From the NCBI GenBank assembly GCA_018664825.1, contig JABJNO010000018.1, positions 22,722 to 86,721 of the forward strand: a DNA stretch of 64,000 nucleotides, read 5' to 3'. The stretch is from Candidatus Parcubacteria bacterium. Lineage in GTDB: Bacteria > Patescibacteriota > Patescibacteriia > UBA1558 > GWA2-36-10. Below the pieces are notes generated by a model, which worked only from the letters and a program-made list of their open reading frames with translations, was not told the origin of the DNA and did no database searches. Below are positions 10,501 to 17,129 of the stretch, in pieces. Position 1 is the stretch's first letter, and every line of letters starts with the position of its first letter. Both the position numbers and the translations under genes were made by a program.

Positions 10501-10824
10501 TCTAGAAATAGCATAAGCAGACACTATGATCACCAAGCCTATGACCGCACTAACTATGATCATCTTGGCTCGCTGAATCTTGTCTGTATTGCCAGCTGAG
10601 GTCATCCAAATAAATCCACCATACAGTATCAAAACCACAGCTAGTATTCCTAGAAATCCTAGGAAGATATTTATTATTCCGGCAATCGTATCCTGCAACG
10701 ATCTAGTGCCTAGATTGACATCCGTCAAATCATTGACACCAAAGACATCTTGAGCAAAGACTTTTTGCACAGCCAAAAAGCCTAGGATGAAAGTTGCGGT
10801 GATTGTGGCCAAAAATTTCTTCAT
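1528..10824 (-). CDS. Giant (3098 aa) cysteine-rich surface protein with an N-terminal signal peptide plus double hydrophobic-helix module, IPT/TIG-like and Fn3 domains, and multiple myxo-type cysteine-rich repeats (CGDG/CGNG...E.CD)
   Basis: It is a single uninterrupted ORF. The signal peptide MKKFLATITATFILGFLAVQKVFA is followed by a TrbC/VirB2-like two-helix module. IPT-like segments include ITEITPDGGPEGQYLTVRGVNFG. An Fn3 segment reads LTATPSEVDVTLNWND...YNYQVYA. Repeats such as WCGDGIIQDGSGLTTDYGEICD and CGNGIVEPVGEQCD recur. Confidence 0.8.
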   Translation of the reverse strand: MKKFLATITATFILGFLAVQKVFAQDVFGVNDLTDVNLGTRSLQDTIAGIINIFLGFLGILAVVLILYGGFIWMTSAGNTDKIQRAKMIIVSAVIGLVIIVSAYAISRFILQSLYDETGAGNSGNTNSVTLPPTGGTCARPTNPNEVRICEITPLTNGVGSAVTIRGWHFDNYVAGTSQVEFGSGNVADLATCGGAPVWDELSVGSGYWKTVVIVPNVTPGNYPVTVTSQTGDFHTFGSFFNINSSGPQPSIFCLNPSQGPSDPGTFSFDIEGDNFGPPDDQVLINTSPVSGTELVRNIYNNADIAHSWANDLITLTVPTDALSSDVTVQVGVDTSNPAWFNVTCGGNGECLSGCCDSNSCSAYSECSSGSSGASGDPFISSISPDTSEEGNFVTVYGSNFCEDTGCAQGQVYFDDGSGGVVPNEWPSVLTGGLCSNLWTDTAVIVVVPVGAGTGQLTLERSDGVASSNSVLFNSDNSLNRPGICQLTPPTGSYEDSVNVRGIRFLGSEAIFGGFTSPNTNVVNDSTANPDVPNVIGEVGVVMQNGTDISNAFPFSALPVDSGLPRITEITPDGGPEGQYLTVRGVNFGNTQGQLLLDGINGDFTFPPICSSSFWQDTQIIVKVPTGVSIGIDRVARVTTSDGIDSNDYLIDITAGLPGPGLCYLHPDNGPAGGVVVDLAGDNFGTLGAASDVFDFNLNSWGTGSSWANNDIEGVAVPGLAESGSVMVVNDSSPTPSNSMMFNVGSCGGSNAYCQAYGLGDECCSDNTCAPAGGCSSLNTCTYTWTLNTEADPFGLAYSHDCSNNLQSPSPWPDDMDGYDSEDAYLSTNIVALFTRDVVDADLLIPANFMVTECNVGGAFSAATCTTAVPGASSIINSGSNREGIVFDPTAANLNPDTWYRIVMGAGPGFNTEVGGDTWPTVANPAPDWHFKTRPTADMCPVSGVTISPQSPSGDTNIGQTRSFYASPQADNCNMCGENYNWDWAITAEPATAPPYASISPTTNLMTSRGLTGLTGLNATENETPNHVTLEASTMIDTVTYTGATNPIINAVDLEIIDYDPNCNGACSNPMVVVEFNSPIPLASITTNEPDFHIRDSGGTEWRTNVTQLSPNSIEIEHGIVPFNFNDTYTVTVPGALQNIYSESLGADFVWVFTTGEEECSIEDVSINPDNETIVATAPGDIVPYSALPMANNSSCGWYPVSCPAGTCDYAWSESDASVALINNINNQTTNAVTTLIVGDDFTNIGLQLTDNSGGAPEVFADTGVLDVSIIGSSDIFTFTDFTPNCGAACLTSAVTITFNNQPNATTLAAVIGSFSIEDSSGTEYIDVGNPLTGIAAGFGLMLNHIPLLVNETYTVTVPAGFEDNFGNTFAGHSWTFGTSDIDCPITGADVTPDSHTADTIGQVEEYDIMPMSNSACGLVPVQCPVGMCTYNWTSLQVPVADVFGPADQMSVDIRNQLLTGTGLAPIVGTITDNTTGVPVNHAETAIFDVDMSASSLTDPYIISYEPLMFGTDICPNTAITIHFSEIMDGESINNNIKIYEGPSTDTSCFFDGASYWCEVPGSWVLRKIDSDNNGVFETEAIFNPSDYFGFNQTVSVSMVAPNILSVHGRPLDLSASPITFPNLFGADGWMFDTGDHICQISFVEIDPPSDVFNCSGSDCIDDELTGVAGNQHVYDALVYDARGDMLSGTFLTFDWDIGGSSLVGIGPDAQQTYLTANPINGNLVLALNVTSTDAGSGSDSAIIELFMCENPWPSLAGYPWTQGAHNFSTYYCYDTGVDGDTPLPYLAYPPTMINFNPPEYLGEYLFLINVYADSGADRFGSLAFEDNTQTNTKSLTDKIASWLTPNFVFAQTTNYPGSMPEAFPPAIMPGFSPLPPTGLTATPSEVDVTLNWNDSGPREEAFWVYRRPDGAPSYSFRANLPANTETWVDTGVTAGQTYNYQVYAARNCIFPCVGPPNYAYVGFAGPVAVTPGAPPDTVDLISVRMLSNFGHSSIRDWYNKKFDYPADQGTLKEVDGYEALEVGATTYVAATNYNGGAIYTNIYLVAHNVGASDDTKEIYNQLLENFEFNQNSGLDLGTNICNGTGAACSSDFDCPDVGDYCESLGKKMRRDARRLGELMSVKEKILEYGEDNMACSNDPSIDNCAETGVCPGGGSCVPYYPLLTSGSFVDGMSTSKWPLSWQGELSSDLGTSLPVDPVNLFNGCVSADADPDTCWDESTLTFGCTEYSQIYLYENTVGGIDFEIGANFETETPGSFVFVGGVPYRYDLVLYNGPANPTGMDRAGESTENIIARLLPQCDGFSTYSPGTPTSAYCGNGIIDPGEACDRDVRTMGCSNPPAPMSPVNPVGATWWDEQAIGCNPSGTIEGGVLVECQWTEPTPPFTPAECGGYCGDTFVQPFDEVCESCSASGVCEGVQYICAAGNGTATCDSGIGRSCVPVCNDMTPAAACGDNIWTEGIEQCDGSASPDGLSGWDCTADAPAHGEVVCTSSCTVVCSPGTPYLGSCGNGIVEPVGEQCDYVGYTVPSPDVSGPTNTYGCTTECQFTDDYCGDGVFDYAFDELCDTDYVTPPREYTGQFEQYQCRMSGIHQDFATGNDYGRCTATDGGWCGDGIIQDGSGLTTDYGEICDIGDSFFLPLPLEPSPLYPITPVSSSDIDSQYECRYDCAGTTGGYCGDGTFQEDYEGCDYHNFLSPTPYESGVFWQLGRIYQYDCDDSGGSMCTGLGGWCGDGITQDGSGGTTDYGEICDSGSNNGVYSITSPGYCGIDCQSSGPYCGDTIVQAYHGEACDGEIACRLHDPSQYVAGTVTCINDCQDLYEGACCTENRLYAKFMADNSFTLYVNGTTVGTGTNWEQCDDYGQPLAEATGDGACEFLIDDTTFPGVFNYYNPNGNVVAFEATDGGSAAGIVGSFSCQAMRCQSVCYMGSHAGETCTSSVPDCTVDMAHDPGYCIHPGGNGEGNICMNNDECKDYTSTELTFDEGDTDDWEHKPSLCIPESYGITTNVGSPYWDCTTTAPSETVANDWREVTYNPGADTPTWNSPDLPITLGWADGWWNSDTDSYWGNGTPAWGHMVPGAMPIWEGSLGNNTIYCRHIITGI
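2581..2660. repeat. Intragenic direct repeat copy A (about 75-80 nt) that encodes one of the duplicated Cys-rich WCGDGI.QDGSG.TTDYGEICD units
   Basis: It is near-identical by eye to 2938..3010 (atcacatatttcaccataatcagtagtc...accatcaccacacca). Confidence 0.4.
2938..3010. repeat. Intragenic direct repeat copy B
   Basis: It is near-identical to 2581..2660. Confidence 0.4.
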
Positions 10825-10848
10825 TTTTGTATTTTTATTTTTTATAAA

Positions 10849-12471
10849 CTAATTACTTGTGCCGCAATTTGTACCAGAATTAGGCCAAGGACAGTCGGTA
10901 CCAACTGCTGCATTATTATTATCACAAAGACACGTGCCTGTAGGATCTGTACATTCACAGAAATACCAACAGTTTTGTCTCAAATCACTGATTCCAGAAG
11001 TAAGAGTCGGGGTATAGTCTGTAGATGGATCCAGTATATCGTGCCTTATCTCGACAATATGACTACTATTGAGTCCCAACCAAAAATTGACATCTCCAAG
11101 CGTGCTCTGATGAAATTGGATGTTTGTACTATTGATTGAGCTAGACAATAAATTTTCATCAAAAGTAACTCTGATTGGCTCAGATACAGAAGCATCGTCG
11201 TTGTCTTCCATATTGTTTATTTCTGGTGGATCAAGATCGATTGTATTATTGGTGCTAAATGTCCAGGTAAAATCTCCTCCTGCACCACCATCGCCATCAC
11301 CATCCAAAATATTTCCAGCCATGTCTGTAATCACATTTGGAAAAGCCCCGGTACCACTGACCGTGGATAGCATGGTAGCGCTAGCAGGCAAACAATATAC
11401 ATCTCCTCCACAAGAGTTTGAACCACACCAAACATCAGTAATAAATTCAACAGTTTGATATTGATTTGATATCCAATATTGTCCATCCAGAGTAACCCCA
11501 CCCTCGTCTACTGTAATATTTGTAAAAGGAGGATGTACACCAGCTGAAACTATAGGATTGACGGGTTCAGTAAAGTTTATTTGAACTACGCTATTTCGAG
11601 GATTATCAAGACCAACTGGCAAAACAGTATCTACTCTAGGTGGTGTGATATCTACTTCATTGTTTACTGTAAAGTCCCAGTCATAGTATCCGGTAAATGG
11701 GAAAGCAGTCGCCCCTGCTACAGTAGCCAGATCATCCAGGGTCATTTTGTAGGGAACGTCACCAACGTCATCACCCAAAAGAGGTGCTGGATCAAACTGG
11801 AAATTCAGCAACTCGGCTGTATCATAAGTGACTATCAGTTCTGAATTGATCAAACTAACACCGTCGTGAGGAGCCAAAATAATATGGCTTGTATCAGCCT
11901 GACACTCTACCAATGTACCAACTATAGTAGTACAGGTAGTCCCAACCACTATATCCGTAGCATCAATTGGTTCTTTGAAAGTTACAAAAATATTGGTATT
12001 TCTAGGAATCTCACGTGCATTACGAGAAGGATAATGACTTTCTATAACTCCACCTCCCAAACCAAGTCCTCCGGTATATCCGCCACCAGATCCACCACTA
12101 CCCCCTACCGTTCCGTCGTATCCTTCTTGAAGTAAGAAGCGGGCAATAGCATAAGAAGATAATATTATAGCTAGTCCAATAACACCGTTGATAATAATCT
12201 TTTTAGCACGATCAATTTTATCTGCATTGCCACCGGAAGTCATCCAAATATAACCACCATACAAAATAATAACGGTGGCTAAAATACCTAGGAAACCTAG
12301 GAATATATTAATAATACCAGCAACCATATCTCTAAGGTCTCTAGTACCCAAATTTGTATTGGACAAATCATTTACTCCATATACATCTTGAGCGCTGGCT
12401 ACTTCTGGCAACAAAAAAATAACTGCAAAAAAGAGAAATAATAATACAGTTATTTTTTTATTAGTTAGCAT
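10849..12471 (-). CDS. 540-aa secreted/anchored protein that shares the N-terminal signal plus double-helix module with the giant protein; its passenger region is different, Gly-rich and Cys-rich
   Basis: Its N-terminus reads AQDVYGVNDLSNTNLGTRDLRDMVAGIINIFLGFLGILATVIILYGGYIWMTSGGNADKIDRAKKII. The corresponding region of the 3098-aa protein reads AQDVFGVNDLTDVNLGTRSLQDTIAGIINIFLGFLGILAVVLILYGGFIWMTSAGNTDKIQRAKMII. Only 24 nt separate the two genes. Confidence 0.7.
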   Translation of the reverse strand: MLTNKKITVLLFLFFAVIFLLPEVASAQDVYGVNDLSNTNLGTRDLRDMVAGIINIFLGFLGILATVIILYGGYIWMTSGGNADKIDRAKKIIINGVIGLAIILSSYAIARFLLQEGYDGTVGGSGGSGGGYTGGLGLGGGVIESHYPSRNAREIPRNTNIFVTFKEPIDATDIVVGTTCTTIVGTLVECQADTSHIILAPHDGVSLINSELIVTYDTAELLNFQFDPAPLLGDDVGDVPYKMTLDDLATVAGATAFPFTGYYDWDFTVNNEVDITPPRVDTVLPVGLDNPRNSVVQINFTEPVNPIVSAGVHPPFTNITVDEGGVTLDGQYWISNQYQTVEFITDVWCGSNSCGGDVYCLPASATMLSTVSGTGAFPNVITDMAGNILDGDGDGGAGGDFTWTFSTNNTIDLDPPEINNMEDNDDASVSEPIRVTFDENLLSSSINSTNIQFHQSTLGDVNFWLGLNSSHIVEIRHDILDPSTDYTPTLTSGISDLRQNCWYFCECTDPTGTCLCDNNNAAVGTDCPWPNSGTNCGTSN

Positions 12472-12506
12472 GGGTATTTTATTTAATGTTTAAAATTTAT
12501 TCAAAT

Positions 12507-12944
12507 TCAAGATCCTAATTTTTCCTTTACTAGTCTTTGTACTGTCTGTCCATCGGCTTGCCCGTCAGTCTTTGACATGACTGCCTTCATAATCAGTCCA
12601 AAATTATTTTCATTTTCTTCTATGGCTTCGGCAACTATTTGTGCCAAATCTTCTTCACTCATCATCTCTGGAAGATAAGCATCTAGTACATTCATCTCTG
12701 CCTCTTCCCTCTGAGCCAAATCTTCTCGATTACCTTCTTTATATGCCTTGATAGAATCCTGTCTTTTTTTGACTTCTTTCTTTACAATAATACCTGCTTC
12801 TTTATCATCAAGTTCGTCTACTTTTAGCTCTATAGATTTGTTTTTGAAAGCACTTTTTAACATCCTTAAAGTAGTAAGTTTTATTTCATCTTTACTTCTC
12901 AGAGCTTCTTTTAGGTTTTTTTCTATAGTATTTACTACACTCAT
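12507..12944 (-). CDS. GatB/YqeY-domain protein
   Basis: MSVVNTIEKNLKEALRSKDEIKLTTLRMLKSAFKNK matches the YqeY N-terminal consensus. I placed the start at the internal Met (cat at 12942-12944) rather than the track start. Confidence 0.65.
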   Translation of the reverse strand: MSVVNTIEKNLKEALRSKDEIKLTTLRMLKSAFKNKSIELKVDELDDKEAGIIVKKEVKKRQDSIKAYKEGNREDLAQREEAEMNVLDAYLPEMMSEEDLAQIVAEAIEENENNFGLIMKAVMSKTDGQADGQTVQRLVKEKLGS

Positions 12945-13006
12945 GATAATCACTATTAGCTTGCCTATTATAAAAATAATAGGCAAATATTAATGACTAT
13001 ATGTCA

Positions 13007-13252
13007 CTATTTTCTTTTAAAACGTTTTAAAGCGATTTCGTCCATTTTACCGATTTTCTTTAAGTATTCAAAACGAGAGTTGATGGTATTTTTTCTTAAA
13101 GCACCGTCTTTTTGTTCTCTCTTGCTTTTTCCTTTGTTAAAAAATCTAATCTTCTTGGCTTGCAAAATTTTACCGCTTTGGATAGTTTTTTTAGTAAATC
13201 TACGAATTAAACTTTCAAAAGATTCACCGTCTTTACGTTTAACTTCCAACAC
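13007..13252 (-). CDS. rpsU: 30S ribosomal protein S21
   Basis: It is a small basic protein, MLEVKRKDGESFESLIRRFTKK...REQKDGALRK, typical of S21. Confidence 0.7.
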   Translation of the reverse strand: MLEVKRKDGESFESLIRRFTKKTIQSGKILQAKKIRFFNKGKSKREQKDGALRKNTINSRFEYLKKIGKMDEIALKRFKRK

Positions 13253-13403
13253 TTACAATACACCTCTCTTTCTATTTTAATAAATATTAAATATGGAAAG
13301 AATAATGCCTGTTTAGGAATTATTCTTACTATTATAATGACAAATTTTGAGACAAAAGTCAATGTTTCGCTCCCTGTGTATAATTACCAACTTTTGTTCA
13401 AGA

Positions 13404-14726
13404 TTATTTACCAGCTTTTAAGTTCTTTTCCTCTATCTTCTTGAGGCGCTTGACCAATTCTGATGCTATCTTATTGAAATTTACGACTTCCTGAACACCA
13501 CTGTCCATATCACGAAGTAATATAGTTTCGTCAGCAATTTCTTTTTGACCAAGAATCAAAGTAAATAGAGTGCCTTTTTTGTTGGCAATATCAAGCTGAT
13601 CTTTGAGACCTTTTTTGGACATACTCTCAACAACGTTGAATCCAGCTCCGCGTAAATCTTCAAAAAGTTTCAGAGCTTTTTTTCTAGCTTCTATCCCTAA
13701 CTGTGCAATAAAGATATCATAACCTTTACGCTTGGATACTTCTACCTTTTTTTCTTGCATCTTTATGATTACTCTCTCGATACCTATAGCAAATCCCACC
13801 GCTGGAGTAGGCCTGCCTCCCAAAGTATGTACTAATTCGTCATATCGTCCACCTCCGCCAAGAGCATGTAGCTTGCCCGACTCATCTGTTTCTATAATCT
13901 CCCAAGCTGTCTTTGAATAATAATCCAAGCCTCTGACAATTCTATGGTTCAAATTGTATTTTACATCCAACTCATCAAGATATTCCAAGACTGACATAAA
14001 ATGATTTTTGCAATCATCATCAAGATAATCTACCATCTGAGGAGCACTTTCTGCCAATTCATTACATCCTTTGACCTTACAATCCAAAAGACGTAAAGGA
14101 TTTTTTAATAGCCTTTTGCTACACTCTGAACATAAATCATTTTTATTGGTCTGATAATACTGTTTTATGGCCTTGATATATTGTGGTCTACACTCTGCGT
14201 CACCGATACTGTTTATCTGAATCTCTATATCCAATCCCAATTCTCTCAATATTTGATAAGAAATAATAATCAATTGAGCATCTATCACTGGATCGTCATC
14301 ACCAATAGACTCAAAACCAAATTGCCAAAACTGTCTATATCGCCCAGCCTGCGGTTTGTCATAACGAAAATTTGGCCCCATATAAAACAATTTTACAGGT
14401 TGAGGCATATTTAGCATGCCGTGTTCTATATAACTTCGCACTACCCCTGCTGTCCCCTCAGGCCTCAATGATACCTTGTCCTTGCCTGGGGTCTCAAAAG
14501 AAAACATCTCTTTGCTAACAATATCCGTGTCTTCTCCGACTGACCTTTTAAACAGGTTGGTAGACTCTACTATTGGAGTATCAATCCTAGAAAAACCATA
14601 ATTATGAGCAAAATTATCAACTTTATCTCTAATTAGGTCCCAATACTTTTGCTCGTCAGGCAAAATATCTTTCATTCCTTTTACCAATTGTAATTTGGAT
14701 TTCTTTGTTTTCTTTTTAGTTGCCAT
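13404..14726 (-). CDS. hisS: Histidyl-tRNA synthetase
   Basis: It shows class II aaRS motifs and HisRS-like sequence (GMKDILPDE, RPEGTAGVVR, GGGRYD). Confidence 0.85.
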   Translation of the reverse strand: MATKKKTKKSKLQLVKGMKDILPDEQKYWDLIRDKVDNFAHNYGFSRIDTPIVESTNLFKRSVGEDTDIVSKEMFSFETPGKDKVSLRPEGTAGVVRSYIEHGMLNMPQPVKLFYMGPNFRYDKPQAGRYRQFWQFGFESIGDDDPVIDAQLIIISYQILRELGLDIEIQINSIGDAECRPQYIKAIKQYYQTNKNDLCSECSKRLLKNPLRLLDCKVKGCNELAESAPQMVDYLDDDCKNHFMSVLEYLDELDVKYNLNHRIVRGLDYYSKTAWEIIETDESGKLHALGGGGRYDELVHTLGGRPTPAVGFAIGIERVIIKMQEKKVEVSKRKGYDIFIAQLGIEARKKALKLFEDLRGAGFNVVESMSKKGLKDQLDIANKKGTLFTLILGQKEIADETILLRDMDSGVQEVVNFNKIASELVKRLKKIEEKNLKAGK

Positions 14727-14731
14727 ATGTT

Positions 14732-15391
14732 TTATTTATAATCTGGTAAATTAAAAGTGTTTATCCTATCAAAAGGCCAACCCCTAAACCAAACTCTGCC
14801 AATAATATATTTTTTATTGACTGGCCCTATTACCCTAGAATCATAACTATTGGCCCTATTATCTCCCATGAGATAGTATTGATCATTGGCCAGGGCCACT
14901 GGCTCATGACTTTGTGATGAAGAAAATTTTATATACTCCTCTCCTATTTCTTTGTCATTTATTTTTATCTTGCCATCTATCACCTCTACCGTCTCTCCTG
15001 GCAAGCCAATAACTCTTTTTATAAAATATATTTTTGTATTTTTTGGATTTTTAAAAATAACCACTTCACCTCTTTGTGGTTCATTGAAACGATAAGATAT
15101 CTCATCTATAATCAAATATTCTTTGTCATAAAAATTTGGCTCCATTGATGCACCTTCTACATAAAAAGGTTGAACCAAAAATAATCTAATTGGCAAAATA
15201 ATAGCCAATGATATCAAAACAACTTTTACTACCTCAAAAACCAACAAACCAAACTTTTTGGCCCAAACTGCAATACCCGTTTCTTCATAGTCTTCAGAAA
15301 AATTACTCATATCCAAATCATCTTCCGAAGGAGTTTTGTTTTCATCTTCTGGAATCAAATTTTGTTCTTCCGAATTTTTGTTTTCGTCCAT
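14732..15391 (-). CDS. lepB: Signal peptidase I with an acidic N-terminal extension
   Basis: It carries GASMEPNF, the KRVIGLPGE box and GDNRANSYDSR. Confidence 0.8.
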   Translation of the reverse strand: MDENKNSEEQNLIPEDENKTPSEDDLDMSNFSEDYEETGIAVWAKKFGLLVFEVVKVVLISLAIILPIRLFLVQPFYVEGASMEPNFYDKEYLIIDEISYRFNEPQRGEVVIFKNPKNTKIYFIKRVIGLPGETVEVIDGKIKINDKEIGEEYIKFSSSQSHEPVALANDQYYLMGDNRANSYDSRVIGPVNKKYIIGRVWFRGWPFDRINTFNLPDYK

Positions 15392-15490
15392 AAAAATAGC
15401 TTAAAAATAAAATATTGTAGTCTCATTATACACAATGATTTGATTAAAATCAAATGCAAAATAGCCCAAATTTAGGCTATTTTCATAGGA

Positions 15491-15519
15491 TTGACTTCTT
15501 GGCTCTTAATTAGTATAAT
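15491..15519 (+). promoter_or_regulatory. Sigma70-like promoter TTGACT-17-TATAAT upstream of the LCP gene
   Basis: ttgact is at 15491-15496, a 17-nt spacer follows, and tataat is at 15514-15519. This was read by eye. Confidence 0.4.
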
Positions 15520-15557
15520 TCACCTACTTTATTCACATAATAATGACTAATTTATAG

Positions 15558-17126
15558 ATGGCCTCAGACTTTAGAAAACGAAAAATAAACCTTCTTCGAG
15601 AAGAAATGGACACAGTTGACATTCCTGTCAGCACTCCTACAAAAGAGCCCATTCACCGGCCAAAGATAAAAAAAGTTAAATCAAAAAAATCTTTAAAAAG
15701 GAGAATGAGCTCCTGCTTTTTTATTATATTGATTATATTTTTTACCGGTACTTGGCTAGTTTTGTCAGCCGATAACAATAGTTTTTTGGCTGGTGTGAAA
15801 AATAGCTACTTAGTCAGACAAATTACTCACATCATATCTAGTAAAGACAAACACCTAAAGGGTGAAAAAAATGATCGGATAAATTTTGTCCTGATGGGCA
15901 TGGGTGGTCCTGGGCACAATGGTCCCTATCTGACCGATACTATCATCATTGCAAGTTTCAAACCAAGTACAAAAGAAGCTGCCGTCTTCTCTCTGCCTCG
16001 TGATATGATTGTACCACTTTCCAAAAATGATTATCGAAAAATAAATTCTATCTATACCATCGGTCAAAATAAAGAAAAAGATGGCGGTGGTCCTTTAATG
16101 AAGAAAATTCTTTCTGAAACACTGGATATGCCTATACATTATTTTGCTGCCGTTGATTTCAATGGTTTTGTAGAAATGATAGATGCTATCGGTGGAGTAG
16201 AAGTAGATGTCCAAAATAGTTTTAAAGACCACCAATTTCCAACTGCTGACTACAAAATACAGACTGTTTCTTTTGAAGAAGGTAAACAAGATATGGATGG
16301 CCTAACTGCCTTGAGATTTGCTAGATCAAGACACGGCAACAATGGAGAAGGTTCTGACTTTGCCCGCATCAAAAGACAGCAAATGATTTTGATTTCTGCC
16401 AAAGAAAAAGTGACTTCTTTCAATACCCTGATCAACCCAAAAAAAATTACCGATCTATTTTCTTTGTTCAACAAATATACAACTACTGACCTCGAACCAT
16501 GGGAAGCCGTCAAACTTGTCCATATGAGCAAAGGTATGAATTCTGAAAGCATCGTTTCTCAGTCTATAGATGATAGGCCAGGCGGTTATCTCAAATCAGG
16601 CTATTCTATCAATGGTGCTTATATCCTCCAACCTGTAGCAGGAAACTATGACCAAATCAAATTATTGGTCCAAAATATTTTTGACTTATTGGAAGTAAAC
16701 AATGAAAACGCCAAGATAGTCATCCAAAATGGTACCGAAATACCAGGTCTAGCCCTAGAAGCACTCAATCATCTAGACCAGATGAATTACAATGTCCTCC
16801 GCTATAGCAATGCCGATACCCAGGACAAAATAAAAACTACCATATACCAATATACCAAAGATAAACCAAAAACTACTCACTCACTAGAAGTTGTTTTCCA
16901 GACAAAGACTACCACCAATATACCACTTGAATACTCAAATACAGTAGTTACTTCCGATTGGAATATCGTAGATGACAAAGGAGAATACGAACAATTGGAC
17001 TTTTTGATAATTCTAGGCGTAGACCAACAAATCAACTCTAATATAGAAATAATAACTACGATCGACCCATCTTTACTCAACACCTCCACAAATTCGACTA
17101 CAGATGGTATAATTGAAGAAGAATAA
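15558..17126 (+). CDS. LytR-CpsA-Psr (LCP) family cell-envelope phosphotransferase
   Basis: It has an N-terminal TM and an LCP core (FVLMGMGGPGHNGPYLTDTIIIASF...LPRDM). Confidence 0.75.
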   Translation: MASDFRKRKINLLREEMDTVDIPVSTPTKEPIHRPKIKKVKSKKSLKRRMSSCFFIILIIFFTGTWLVLSADNNSFLAGVKNSYLVRQITHIISSKDKHLKGEKNDRINFVLMGMGGPGHNGPYLTDTIIIASFKPSTKEAAVFSLPRDMIVPLSKNDYRKINSIYTIGQNKEKDGGGPLMKKILSETLDMPIHYFAAVDFNGFVEMIDAIGGVEVDVQNSFKDHQFPTADYKIQTVSFEEGKQDMDGLTALRFARSRHGNNGEGSDFARIKRQQMILISAKEKVTSFNTLINPKKITDLFSLFNKYTTTDLEPWEAVKLVHMSKGMNSESIVSQSIDDRPGGYLKSGYSINGAYILQPVAGNYDQIKLLVQNIFDLLEVNNENAKIVIQNGTEIPGLALEALNHLDQMNYNVLRYSNADTQDKIKTTIYQYTKDKPKTTHSLEVVFQTKTTTNIPLEYSNTVVTSDWNIVDDKGEYEQLDFLIILGVDQQINSNIEIITTIDPSLLNTSTNSTTDGIIEEE

Positions 17127-17129
17127 AAT

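Noticed and set aside
935-10516. Numerous plus-strand ORFs of 60-160 aa overlapping the giant minus-strand gene and its neighbour (for example 3246..3677, 7471..7938, 7952..8434)
   Set aside because: They lie antisense within a continuous 9.3 kb coding frame and have low-complexity, biased composition typical of shadow ORFs.
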